Below the pieces are notes generated by a model. The model searched no databases and had not been told where the DNA came from. It saw only the letters and a list, made by a program, of their open reading frames with translations. Position numbers and translations under genes: made by a program. Positions 25,118 to 36,345 of a stretch of 64,000 nucleotides of DNA are shown here, in pieces. The stretch's first letter is position 1. The number at the start of each line of letters is the position of its first letter. The stretch lies in contig CM059432.1 of the NCBI GenBank assembly GCA_030390025.1, forward strand, positions 120,034,001 to 120,098,000, given 5' to 3'. The DNA comes from Squalus acanthias. Taxonomy: Eukaryota.

Positions 25118-25429
25118 GTTCCAACAGTGCACCTATCTCACAACCACATGCAAAGGACATGTTTTCACCCCCCGCCCCACCCTCAATGCCACTAACACAA
25201 AGCAGTCCTGCAAACAACCAAGCATCCCTTTCACATCCCCTCATTGGTTGTCATCAATTCAAGTCTGCCTGTTCATCATCAAACAACTGAAAAGGCCACT
25301 TTCCAGCCAGCGACCAAGAGTGGGCAACACGGGGAAGTGGTGCAAAACAATAATATTTATGTGGCTCAAATTAAGAAACGGACACTTAACAGTACAAAAT
25401 GCGTAACACACCCATGCACATACCCTTTT

Positions 25430-26645
25430 CCTATTGCTTCAGCAGAGGTAGAGGCAGGCTGCTCACATCTCTGCTCTGTCTGTTGAGTTGCTCTTGGCCG
25501 ACGTCCTCTGGGTTTTGGAGCCCGCGAGGGCCCCGTCAAAGACTGCCCCACCTGCACCGGTGCAGGGGAAGACTCAGCCATTGGGACACAAGGCAGCGTG
25601 TGGGGTACTGACAGGGCGAGGGGGGTCCAATGGGTGAGAAGTGGAAGTGCTTTGAGTAAAGTCCCCACTTCCATGTCCTTTCGCCATCATTCCTCTCATG
25701 GCCCAGCCCCACTTCCCTGCTTGCACTGAGCTGGAGAGCACTTTGCTGCAGATCAGTGGGGCACTGAAAGGCCAAGGCTAGAGTATTGTTCATCCTATTT
25801 AAGGTGGCATCCAGAGTGTGCAAGCCCTTGTTGAAGGCCTACATGCACTCGTCTGATTGCTGCGCTTGATGCTCCATGCAGTTGGCCACTCTAACCATGG
25901 AAGAAGACATCATCGAAATGGGCTGCTAGGGCATCCCACTCATGCTTGAGGTGGACTCTTCCAACCTCCCTGCAATCGTGGACAGTGTGCTTGGAACGAC
26001 TGTCAGTACATCGCACAATCTCTGCTGCTACTCAATGATTCTCCTCTTCAGCGATGGCCCCTGGGGTATAGCATCTGTGTCCAGCTGAGCAGAGCTTGGA
26101 GAGGGCTGCGCCTCCGACGCGGACTCTCCACTGCTGTCCCTGACTCCACAATCTGCTCTTGCTCACGTGATGTGTGAGTCACCAGGTGAAAATCCAACTA
26201 TCTCTCTAACTGGTCCCACCGAAGTGCGAGTATATGAGCAAGTACATGGTGTGCATAAGTCCTGTGACAGTGCAACTTCAAAGGGATTGAGCTCCTCTGA
26301 GGAGTCAGCGGCGACCTTGACCAACTCCTGCTGGACACGCGAAGGAGGGATGCGTGAGTACTGTCAAGGTAAGAATGTTTGAAGTTATCATTATGAATAT
26401 GCTCTTTTTTCACTCACTGTTGACATCTAGTCAACATGACTGAGTGTTGAATGACATGTGGGTGTCTGATATTTAATTCTGTCACCAGGTAGCTGGGAGG
26501 CCCCCATCGCCTGACTCAGAAGGCCAGGCACGCTGAGACTCCACTGATCTCCAGCGCCTCATCCTCTGCAGCTGTTAGTTGCGACATGGATGGAGGGCCA
26601 CCTCTGGTTCTCTCCCCCTCCCTGGTATTCTGTGCTCTCTTCTCC
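25430..26645 (-). pseudogene. Harbinger Myb/SANT partner gene remnant (downstream exons only)
   Basis: Acceptor ctcttcttttcccccttgcag followed by GAGAAGAGAGCACAGAAT (EKRAQN), homologous to exons near 59410-59571 and 58029-58190. Confidence 0.65.
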
Positions 26646-27116
26646 TGCAAGGGGGAAAAGAAGAGACCTATGAGTGACAGTAATGGCATGTGTTATGAAG
26701 ATGATGTGGAGATGCCGGTGTTGGACTGGGGTGGACAAAACTGAGAAGTCGCACAACACCAGGTTATGAAGACATAGAAGTAAAAACAAGATGGGTTGAT
26801 AACTTAGTAAAAAAGGATGTATCCATAGGAGGTTAAGATCACCAAATCTTAAATTAGATTATTGGAATTTTGAAATGAAATGCTCCCCAGCCGTATAGTA
26901 AAATTCAGAAGTATACTGTAATTAGATTGGATTGCTCAGAATATCATTTATCTTTGCTTGCCGCTTACTGTCACTTATATATAGATTGTGTAGCAGCTGT
27001 TTTAAGCAAATGATTTATAACTAACTTTACTTAAGGCAAACCATATGCAGTGGGAAAGCACATTTTCCAAAAACATTTACAGCTGGCATGAACTTCAGTA
27101 AGTCTTTATTTCATTA

Positions 27117-29525
27117 CAGGAAACTCTTTGGTATCCGGCACCGACGGGACCGGGGTGGTGCCGGTTGAATAAAAATTCCGGATGACGGAGAGGGTTATCT
27201 ACCAAGGCTATTTTTAACAAACAAAAATTAAAAAATCAAGTAATGTGCAGTATACAGTAAATGGGTACTCACCTACAGAATGTTGTGTTAAATGGATGGT
27301 GGAAGATGCTTGATTAAGTACAGTACTGCCAGTTGAGGGTAATCCATAACTCTTTAATTACTTAACAGTAAAACAAAACTTATAAACGACTGTATACAGT
27401 ACTGTAGTTGACTGTACACTTATTCCAAGTCAGCTGGTTCATCAGGAATATCCATGCCAGCTGGGTCATCAGGATCATGCACTTCCACAGATTCTTCAGG
27501 CACTTCCGCTGCTTCGACTCTTTTGGAAGCTTTCTTAAACATGTTGCGGATGTCGGCTTGCTTAGTGAACTCTTGCCTTTTCTGTAGAAAGGTGGAATGC
27601 AGAATATGGAGGTGCATAACTTCTTGGGCAGAGTAGCAAGGCTGCCTTTCAGCAAATTGGAGGATTAAAGCAAATCCTTCTGCAGCTTTAGCCCAAGAAA
27701 TCTTCTTCTCTTCAGAAATCTCATCCTCTTCACTTTCCATCTCACTTTCCTTTTCTTTCTTTGGATTCAAAACAATCCCAATTATTTCATCATCACTTAG
27801 CATATGCACAACACCAACTTCTCTATCTGCATCAACCCACTGCTCGATATCACTTTCACTGAGGTGACGTAGAGGGTTTGCTGGGCGTACATTTTTCACC
27901 ATGCCTGCCATTTCCATTATTGTACTCTTCTTGGGACGAACATTGAACCCATGAAATTCCTCCTCTGAAGAAGAACCTTCAGCAAACATTACAGAAGGCC
28001 ACAATTTGCGCCAGGCTTGCCTCAGAGTCTGACCTTTCACCAAGTTCCAGGAACATGCAACATTATAGATGGCATCTTTAAGATTGTATTCCTTCTGAAA
28101 TGCGTGAATATTGTCATCTTGGTTTATCAGTTTACGTAGGAAGTCTTTCTTGTAATGACACTTCAGATTTTGGATAACGCCCTGGTCCATGGGTTGTATG
28201 AGAGAAGTTACATTTGGTGTCAAATAAATGGTGAAAATATTTCCCGAAACCAACTCAGATTCATGCGGATGGGCTCTACAATTATCAAGCAATAAAATGC
28301 ATTTGCTATCTTCAGGTTTCCCTATTTTACGGAAATGTTTCCTCACAGATGGAACAAAAATATGATGGAACCAATAGGAGAAGATTTCCTTATCCATCCA
28401 AGCATTTTTTTGAGCTTTGTACTCAACAGGTAAGTGGCTCGCATTTTTAAATGCACGGGGATTTTTATACTTCCCAATAACAAGAAGTTTAACCCGGTGT
28501 GATCCAGCAGCGTTCGCACATGTTAGCACGGTTACACGATCTTTATTTTTCTTGTAACCTGAAGCATTAGCCTCACTAGCCCCAGCAAGCGTTGATTCTG
28601 GCAAAAACCTCCAAAATAAGCCAGTTTCATCGGCATTATATATCTGTGCTGGCGACAAATCATGTTGCTGCACAATCCAATTGAAATAATCGCAGTATTC
28701 TTCTGCGGTGTTGTGATCAGCTGATTTCTTCTCCCCGGAAATATCGAGTCGTTGTATCCCGTGCCGTAACGTGAAACCCGTTAGCCATCCCTCGGAGAAA
28801 GCACACTTGTCTGTGAGCTCCACCCTTATGTAGAAATCCTTCGCTTTCTCGATTAGTATGGGAAGTGGAACACCCTCTGAACGCTTAAGAGAAAACCACT
28901 CATAAACCACAGTATCCAGCTTTTCAAGCTTAGGCTTACGAAGCATACGCCGTTTCTCTACACTCTTAGATGTCTCCGAGCTTGAATAAAACTTGAGCAG
29001 CTTATCCTTCTGCGATTTGCTGTCGTAGATTGTTGACGAACTGATTTTGAATTCATTCATAATGTTGATATGCTTCTCTCCCCTTTCTAGTCGTTGGCAT
29101 ATCTCGATTTTCTGTTTTAAAGTTAACACTACTCTCTTCCTATTGCTTGGACCAACTTTTGGGAATTCCATAATGCAAGATGGGGGAGATAATTCACGAT
29201 AAAGATGGAGAGACACACAGAAAAATGGTGGATCGGAAGAGACTACCGGCAGCGCGGGAGACACACAGTAAAATGGCAGATCAGAAGAGACTACCGGCAG
29301 CGAGGGAGAATCAGACTCCTGTTATTGCAGAGTTCGGACTTCCGACAGCGCCAGGAGTAGTGGCACTTTGGAGAACTACCCCACTGACTAACTCGGCGTT
29401 CGCGGGAGACTCGGACTCTGACTCGGCAACATTGCCGGTTATTGAGGAGTTGTTTTCGGAGTATGAATTTTGCCGGTTAATAGAGAATTCCGGATATTTA
29501 GTGCCGTTTAAACGAGAGTTTCCTG
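27117..29525 (-). mobile_element. Complete pogo/Tigger DNA transposon
   Basis: Imperfect 25-bp TIRs CAGGAAACTCTTTGGTATCCGGCAC / CAGGAAACTCTCGTTTAAACGGCAC (19/25, first 11 identical); TA on both sides (27115-27116, 29526-29527); a single long ORF. Confidence 0.93.
27420..29171 (-). CDS. Tigger-type transposase, Jerky (JRK)-like, 583 aa from ATG, DD32D triad intact
   Basis: CENP-B-type HTH ([21 protein letters not shown]), second HTH ([18 protein letters not shown]), DDE_1 motifs [20 protein letters not shown] and IQPMDQG with 32 residues between D2 and D3; no stops or frameshifts. Confidence 0.92.
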   Translation of the reverse strand: MEFPKVGPSNRKRVVLTLKQKIEICQRLERGEKHINIMNEFKISSSTIYDSKSQKDKLLKFYSSSETSKSVEKRRMLRKPKLEKLDTVVYEWFSLKRSEGVPLPILIEKAKDFYIRVELTDKCAFSEGWLTGFTLRHGIQRLDISGEKKSADHNTAEEYCDYFNWIVQQHDLSPAQIYNADETGLFWRFLPESTLAGASEANASGYKKNKDRVTVLTCANAAGSHRVKLLVIGKYKNPRAFKNASHLPVEYKAQKNAWMDKEIFSYWFHHIFVPSVRKHFRKIGKPEDSKCILLLDNCRAHPHESELVSGNIFTIYLTPNVTSLIQPMDQGVIQNLKCHYKKDFLRKLINQDDNIHAFQKEYNLKDAIYNVACSWNLVKGQTLRQAWRKLWPSVMFAEGSSSEEEFHGFNVRPKKSTIMEMAGMVKNVRPANPLRHLSESDIEQWVDADREVGVVHMLSDDEIIGIVLNPKKEKESEMESEEDEISEEKKISWAKAAEGFALILQFAERQPCYSAQEVMHLHILHSTFLQKRQEFTKQADIRNMFKKASKRVEAAEVPEESVEVHDPDDPAGMDIPDEPADLE

Positions 29526-30009
29526 TACATGATTCAGTGTTTCTCGTCTTTAGTTACCATGAATGTTTCTGAACAGCTTTTTTAACTTCAGACCTAGTCC
29601 TGTAATCCATATTCATTATCCAACTTCCTGCCCACTCTTTTAAAGACCAGGTAGTCGAAATAAGTGAACGCAGGGTGCTAAGAAACAGCTGAGAGTCGTT
29701 TATGGCAATTAAAAGGAGGGGAAATAAATAAACGCTGGAACTACTTCGGAACTGGGCTTCCACTTCCAGTGAAAATAGGCTTTAATGCTGCTTTTTAATG
29801 TTTGTGAGAAGACAACCACATTTCACTTCAGATAAGGGACTGCTAGTTGCAAAAGTACGTGCAATGAATAGATATCACAGTTCAGTCAAAATATTCTTGA
29901 AATGAGAACACTTGTACACATGGGACCAAGAGCTCATGACTGGTCTAGCTCATACACATGTATGAATCGTATAATTAGTGACACAGAAAAACAATCACAA
30001 GTGTTGGAA

Positions 30010-30215
30010 AGCTGAAATAAAAATGAGAAATGCTGGAAGCACAGTACATCAGTCAAAATCAGCCTGAGAAAAGACAGCTTTATGTTCCTAATAGTGCCTT
30101 CCAACAGAGCAGATTATGTTGAAGGGTCCCACTTAAAACATTATCCCATCTTTCCTTTCAGATGCTAACCAACCTGCTTGCTGTGGATTTGCAGCACTAT
30201 CTGGTTTTTTTTATT
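30010..30215. mobile_element. Two decayed Penelope-like terminal fragments in inverted orientation
   Basis: ctgaaataaaaatgagaaatgctggaa on the left and cagatgctaaccaacctgc...tttgcagcactatctggttttt on the right are opposite orientations of the pLTR motif. Confidence 0.45.
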
Positions 30216-30592
30216 TTATTTTAGTATGCACTGTCACGACATACAGACTCCCAGAGTGTGTGTACGGTATGAGCTGGGAAAACTGTATGCCATGCCATAG
30301 GAGTTCAGTTTTGCTGATAGCAGGTAAGCCTGTGCAAGCAATAAAGGAGTTTAGTATGTGGCAACAGAACGGGCTGCTTTCATAGATAGAAAGACATACT
30401 TTACAAGCACTTGTCTCGGATCTCTGATGAGTGCAGCAGTAATACAAATAGTTTAAGTCTCAAATCCGTATTTAACACTTGCAATTTTACGGTGTCCCTT
30501 AGGCGCAGGTTGTGCAGCAGAACTAAGTTTGGAAGGAGCTAAAAATGACACAAATTAAGCAATTTGTGGTTCATGTGGCCTAATTTGACCAT

Positions 30593-31060
30593 GTGTCAGC
30601 TGTGGCTCAGTTGGTAGCACACTTGCTTTTGAGTCAGAAGGTTGTGGGTTCAAGTCCCACTCCCGGGGTTGAGCACATAAAGCTAGGCTGACACTCCACT
30701 GCAGTGCTGAGGGAGTCCTGCACTGTCGGGGGTGCTGTCTTTTGGATGAGACGTTAAACCGAGGCCCCGTCTGCTCTTTCAGGTGGACGTAAAAGAGCCC
30801 ATGGCACTATTTTGAAGAAGAGTAGGGGAGTTATCCCCGGTGTCCTGGGCAATATTTATCACTCAACCAACATAACAAAAACAGATTATCTGGTCATTAT
30901 CACATTGCTGTTTGTGGGACTTTGCTGTGTGCAAATTGGCTGCCGCGTTTCCCACATTACAACAGTGACTCCATTTCAAAAGTACTTCATTGGCTGTAAA
31001 GCACTTTGAGACGTCTGGTGGTCGTGAAAGGCGCTATATAAATGCAAGTCTTTCTTTCTT
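30593..31060 (+). mobile_element. tRNA-derived Deu-domain SINE (SacSINE1-like), full length
   Basis: A box tggctcagttgg, B box ggttcaagtcc, Deu-like core gatgagacgttaaaccgagg...cccatggcact...ccccggtgtcctgg, L2-type tail and (TCTT)n. Confidence 0.88.
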
Positions 31061-31887
31061 TGTATGCTAATTTTTAATATCCGGCCTAAGACTTGGGGTG
31101 AGTGTAGCCATTAAAAGAACAGCCCTTCAATGGCGACTCCATATTCACCGGTGGCGGGGCCAGCAAGGGCGTACGCGGGCGTGGCAGCTACAGCCACTCC
31201 TGCTGCTCCTGCTGCCCCGTCATCTTTCACACTAATAACTAAAAAACATGGATTTGTATGCCCCTTTAAAACCAGATGCTGGTATACAGACGCAATGCTC
31301 TTCAGTACATCTGCATGATTTCCCCATTGCATGGACAAAGGAACTCTTTGTTTCACTGCCATTTACCATAACCCTCCGTCTTGGCAGCAGGTGGGTAGGC
31401 AGCTGCTGTGCATGGCTGTAGCCAAAGCAGCAAATGCACAGGCTCTTTTTAAATAAAAATAAAATGTATATGTCTGTCAGTGTACCGAGGGAGAAGCTGA
31501 ACCCTTGTTGATTTAGTAGAAGACCTGCCTGTGTTGCCTGGCGAATGTGTCAGGTCGATCAGTCCATGAGGGAGCGGGGTGGAGGGGAAGAGAATATCTG
31601 CATCTGACCCCAGGTGAATATGCTTCCATATTCCCTAGTGACCTGGTGATAGGATTGCACTTGTATTCCCAAAAGGTCTAGAATTGTTTGTAAACTGACC
31701 TTGAGAATTGATTTTCAGTGGTTTTGTGAATATGTGAATTCTATAGACTCCACAATAGTAGTTGGATCCTGGAAAGTGCAAGTGCCCATATGCTGCTTTG
31801 GGCTGACTTCTAACCATCATAACTCTGGTCAGATCATAAAAACATGATTGCATACATATTCAGAAGTTACATATCAATTACATCATC

Positions 31888-32330
31888 AACAACAACAACA
31901 ACTTGCATTTATATAACATCCTGAGGCGCTTCACAGGAGCGTTATCAAACAAAATTTGACACCGAGCTATTAGGACAGACTTGGTGGAAGAGGTACATTT
32001 TAAGGAGCGTCTTAAAGAAGAAGAGAGAGGTAGAGAGGAGGTTTAGGCAGGGAACTCCAGAGCTTAGGGCTGAGACAGCTGAACGCATGGCCGCCAGTGG
32101 TGGAGGGATAAAAATCAGGGATGCGCAAGAGGCCAGAATTAGAGGAGCGCATTGATCTCGGAGGGCTGTAGCACTGGAGGAGGTTACAGAGATAGGGAGG
32201 GGTGAAGCCTTGGAGGGATTAAAAAACAAGGATGATAATTTTAAAACTGACCTACATTGGGCGAATGGGACTTGGTGTGAGTTAGGATACGGGCAGCAGA
32301 TGAGCTCAAATTTATGGAGGGTGGAAGATG
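31888..32330 (-). mobile_element. Degenerate L2 3' fragment
   Basis: (AAC)n tail followed by sequence colinear with 53758-54290. Confidence 0.75.
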
Positions 32331-32389
32331 GAGTGAGTTAGATTTATATTTACTTTGCAAAGGTTTCCTACTGAAGTTGTGAATTGATC

Positions 32390-33190
32390 AGAATCTTGGA
32401 ATGTTACAGTACAGAAGAGGAAATTTGGTCCATCTTGCTTGTGCTGATTCTCTGAAACAGCTATCCACTGAGCTCCATTCCCATGCACTTTCTGCCATAC
32501 CTTTTTTACATGTTACTTTTTCAAATATTTATCCATTTCCCTTTCCCGGTGTCCTGTCCAAAATTTATCTCTCAACCAACACCTAAAACAGATGATCTAG
32601 TCATTTATTTCATTGTTATTTGTGGGACCTTGCTGTGCGCAAATTGGCTGCTGCATTTCCTACATTACAACATGACTACACTTCAAAAGTACTTCATTGG
32701 TTGTAAATCGCTTTGCGACATCCTGAGGTTGTGAAAGGTGCTGTATAAATGCAAGTCTTTCTTTTTTTGAAATGGATTAGAGATTCTGCTTCCACTATTG
32801 TTTCTGGTAGGGCATTCCATGACCTAACAATCCTCCTCTAACCTCACCCTTTTGCATTTTTGTGATCATCTTAAATTTATGCACTTGAGTTACCATCTCA
32901 CCAACTAATTTTGCCCAATTTACTTTATCAGAACCTCTCATAAATTTGAAAACCTCAATTAGATCCCTTAACTTTCTAATGAAAAGAACCCCAGTTTCTC
33001 CAGTGTCTCCTCATAACTAAAGCCACCTATTTACTGGTGTCACCTTAGTGAATCTCTTCTGCACCCTTGATGTGGCCTTGACATCCCTTCCTAAAGAAAT
33101 CTGCCCGAAACTGAACAAAATTTTCTAACTGCAGCCTAAACAATGATTTGCATAGTTTTAGCATTACCTTTTTGCTTTTGTACTCTATGC
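32390..33190 (-). mobile_element. Degenerate CR1 3' fragment, interrupted by a + strand SINE 3' half (about 32565-32765)
   Basis: ORF 33045..33242 (GIEYKSKKVMLKLCKSLFRLQLE); the SINE tail matches 30860-31060. Confidence 0.65.
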
Positions 33191-33282
33191 CAACTTTCGG
33201 TTGTATATATGGACTTTCAGAAGGCATTCGACAAAATGCCACACAGGAGGCTTATTAAGAAGATGGAAGCCCATGGAATTAA

Positions 33283-34801
33283 TACAATCAAGCAGAGTCA
33301 GCATGGTTTTATGAAAGGGAAATCGTGTTTGACAAATTTGCTAGAGTTCTTTGAGGATGTAACGAGCAGGGTGGATAAAGGGGAACAAGTGTATTTGGAT
33401 TTCCATAAGGCATTCGATAAGGTGCCACGTAAAAGGTTACTGCACAAGATAAGAGCTCACGTGGTTGGGGGTAATATATTAGCATGGATAGAAGATTGGC
33501 TAACTAACAGAGAGTCGGGAGAAATGGGTCATTTTCAGGTTGGCAAACTGTAACTAGTGGGGTGCCACAGGGATCAGTGCTGGGGCCTCAACTATTTACA
33601 ATCTATATTAATGGCTTTGTTGAAGGGACCGAGTGTAATGTAACCAAATTTGCTGATGATACAAAGATAGGTGGGAAAACAAGTTTTGAGGAGGACACAA
33701 AGAATCTGCAAAGGGCTATAGATAGGTTAAGTGAGTGGGCAAAAATTTGGCAGATGGAGTATAATGTGGACAAATGTGTTGTTATCCACTTTGGTAGGAA
33801 GAATAAAAAAGCAAATTATTATTTAAATGGAGAGAGACTGACATGAATCTTGTCATTCATGTATGAAGTAATACTGGGTGGCCTGCTGGTGGCGCTGTCC
33901 AGGGAGAGTATAAATACTCGGGCATGGGCCCAGCTTGCTTAAGACATTCCTCAACAGGAACTAGTGAAGGACACAACTAGATCTCCATGTTGAAAAACAG
34001 TTGATTAAAGCTTTGTTTAACGCTTAGACCAAGTGCCTAGTAGTTTTCTTACGTCAGAGACTACAAAATGCTGCAGTACAGAGGGATCTGGGGGTCCTTG
34101 TACATGAAACACAAAAAGTTACCATGCAGTACAACAAGTAATTAGGAAGGCAAATGGAATGTTGGTCTTTATTGCAAGGGGGATGGAGTATAAAAGTAGG
34201 AAGTCTTGCTATAACTGTACAAGGCATTGGTGAGACCACACCTGGAGTACTGCGTGCAGTTTTGGTCTCCTTATTTAAGGAGGGATATACTTGCATTGGA
34301 GGCAGTTCAGAGAAGGTTCACTAAGTTGATTCCTGAGATGAGGGGGTTGCCATATGAAGAAAGTTTGAGCAGGTTGGGCCTATACTCATTGGAGTTTAGA
34401 AGAATGAGAGGTGATCTTATTGAAATATATAAGATTTTGAGGGGGCTTAACGGGGTGGATGCAGAGAGGATGCTTCTCCTCATGGGGGGTATCTAGAACT
34501 AGGGGGCATAGTTTTAGAATGAGGGGTCACCCATTTAAAATGGAGATGAGGAGGAATTTCTTCTCTCAGAGGGTCGCAAATCTTTGGAATTCTCTACCCC
34601 AGAGAGCTGTGGAGGCTGGGTCATTGAATATATTTAAGGTGTAGATAGACTGATTTTTGAACTACAGGGGAGTCAAGGGTTATGGAGAGCGGGCAGGAAA
34701 GTAGAGTTGAGGCCAAGATCGATCAGCCATGATCTTATTGAATGGCGGAGCAGGCTCGAGGAGCCAAATGGTCTACTCCTGCTCCTATTTCTTCTGTTCT
34801 T
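33283..34801 (+). mobile_element. 5'-truncated CR1 inserted into CR1, 10-bp TSD
   Basis: TSD atggaattaa at 33273-33282 and 34802-34811; RT remnants in ORFs 33143..33553, 33562..33846 and 34227..34496. Confidence 0.85.
33839..34056 (+). mobile_element. Solo LTR (218 bp) with 5-bp TSD
   Basis: TGACAT...ACGTCA termini, TSD gagac (33834-33838, 34057-34061), internal TATAAATA and ATTAAA; removing it restores CR1 aatggagagagactacaaaatg. Confidence 0.8.
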
Positions 34802-36204
34802 ATGGAATTAAGGGGAAGGTGGCGATATAGATACAAAAGTGGCTTAATGACAGGAAGCAGCGGGTGGTGGTGGATGGATGTTTTTCAGACTGGGAGGTGG
34901 TTTGCAGTGGTGTTCCCAAGGTTCAGTTTTGGGTCCATTACTCTTTTCAGTTGTTATAAACGACCGAGACTCAGGTGTAGGGAGCAGCATTATAAAGTTT
35001 GCAGATGATATAAAACTTGGCAATGTGGTAGATAGAGATGAGGATAGTTATAGATTTTAGGATGACATAGACAGGAAGGTGAAATGGGCAGACACATGGC
35101 AGATGGAGTTCAATGTGTAGTGATGCACTTTGGGAGGACTAATGTGGAAAGGCAGTGTACTATAAATGGCACGATTTTGATAAGTGTAGATGAGCAGAGA
35201 GAGACCTGGGTGTCCATATACACAAATCCTTGAAGGTAGCAGGGCAAGTTGATAAGGTGTTTAAAAAGCATATGGGTGACTTGGGTTTATAAATAGAGGC
35301 ATAGAATATAAAAGCAAAGTGATCATGCTAGAACTTTATAAATCACTGGTTAGGCCTCAGCCTGAGTATTGTGGATGATTCTGGGCACCACACTTCAGGA
35401 AAGATGTAAAGGCCTTAAAAAGGGTACAGAGGAGGTTTACCAGGATGTTACCAGGGAAGTGGGACTTCAGTTATGAGGAGAGGTTGAAAAAGTTAGGACT
35501 GTTCTCCTTCGAACAGAGAAGATTAAGAGGTGACCTCACAGAGATTTTCAAGATGATGAGAGGTTTTGATAAAGAAGAGCTATTCTCTCTAGCGAGTGGG
35601 TCAATAACCGGAGGTCATAGATTCAAAATCATTGGAAAAAGATATAGAGGGGAGATGAGGAGAATTTTTTCCTCAGAGAGTTGTGGGGATCTGGAACGCT
35701 CTACCTGAAAAGGTGGTGGAAGCGGATTCCATAAATAATTGTGAAAGGGAGTTGGACAAGAACTTGAGGATGAGGAACTTACAGGGTTACGGACAAAAAG
35801 CGGGGATGTGGGACTAAGCACGACTTCTCTTTTAAAGAGACAGCACAGGCACGACGGGCCGACTGGCCTCCTTCTGTGCTGAAAGTTTCTATGATTCTAT
35901 GATTTATAAAATATTCTTCAGATTGGTACATTTTAGTATCAGTTAGAAACTCCAAAATGCAGCTGCCATTTGCCACTTGATGAATTTCCGGTCTTGACTG
36001 GACCATTGTGTGAATCATTGCAGCATCTGGTTTTAAAGAATAAAATAAACTAAAATTTTGGAGAATCAGAAATAGATTGACACGTAATGCTAAAAATGAC
36101 TCCAGGGGTTAATTCTCACCTTCATTGTTTAAGATGAAAACCAGACGGATTCTACAATGGGAGGCTGGCCTGTTCACCAGATTACCTGCCAGGCGGTAAA
36201 GACA

Positions 36205-36345
36205 AACACAAAAAGAAAATACTGCAGATTTTGGAAATCTGAAATAAAAACAGAAAATGCTGGAGAAACTCAGTAGGTCAGGCAGCATCTGTGAAGAGAG
36301 AAACAGAGTTAACGTTTCGGGTCGATGACCTTTCGTCAGAACACA
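36205..36345 (-). mobile_element. Penelope-like pLTR fragment with hammerhead motif (36307-36342)
   Basis: Matches 23060-23158; the minus strand reads GUU CUGACGA A AGGUC AUC GACCC GAAAC GUU AAC. Confidence 0.7.

Larger units (their letters stand above)
22851..26695 (+). mobile_element. Decayed two-gene Harbinger transposon (transposase +, Myb/SANT gene -), right end lost
   Basis: Left end GGGCTGGATTTT; DDE remnants on +; convergent EKRAQN...GGPP...LTAAEDEALE exon on -. Confidence 0.8.
33196..35900 (+). mobile_element. Old CR1 RT/3' fragment hosting a second CR1 insertion
   Basis: [14 protein letters not shown] at about 33200 continues at 34802 through to the 3' UTR at about 35900. Confidence 0.8.

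Noticed and set aside
27420..29264. Calling this the host JRK/JRKL/TIGD gene, and using the 614-aa start
   Set aside because: TIRs, TA duplication and an intact triad indicate a transposon copy. The first 31 codons begin at a non-ATG codon within the duplicated leader, so the ATG at 29171 is preferred.
30225..30266. 42-bp exon candidate
   Set aside because: Its acceptor-like T tract is the end of a Penelope-derived fragment, and the peptide is unrecognisable.
30593..30665. tRNA genes (also near 37507 and 10670-10738)
   Set aside because: The A/B boxes run directly into SINE bodies; these are tRNA-derived heads.
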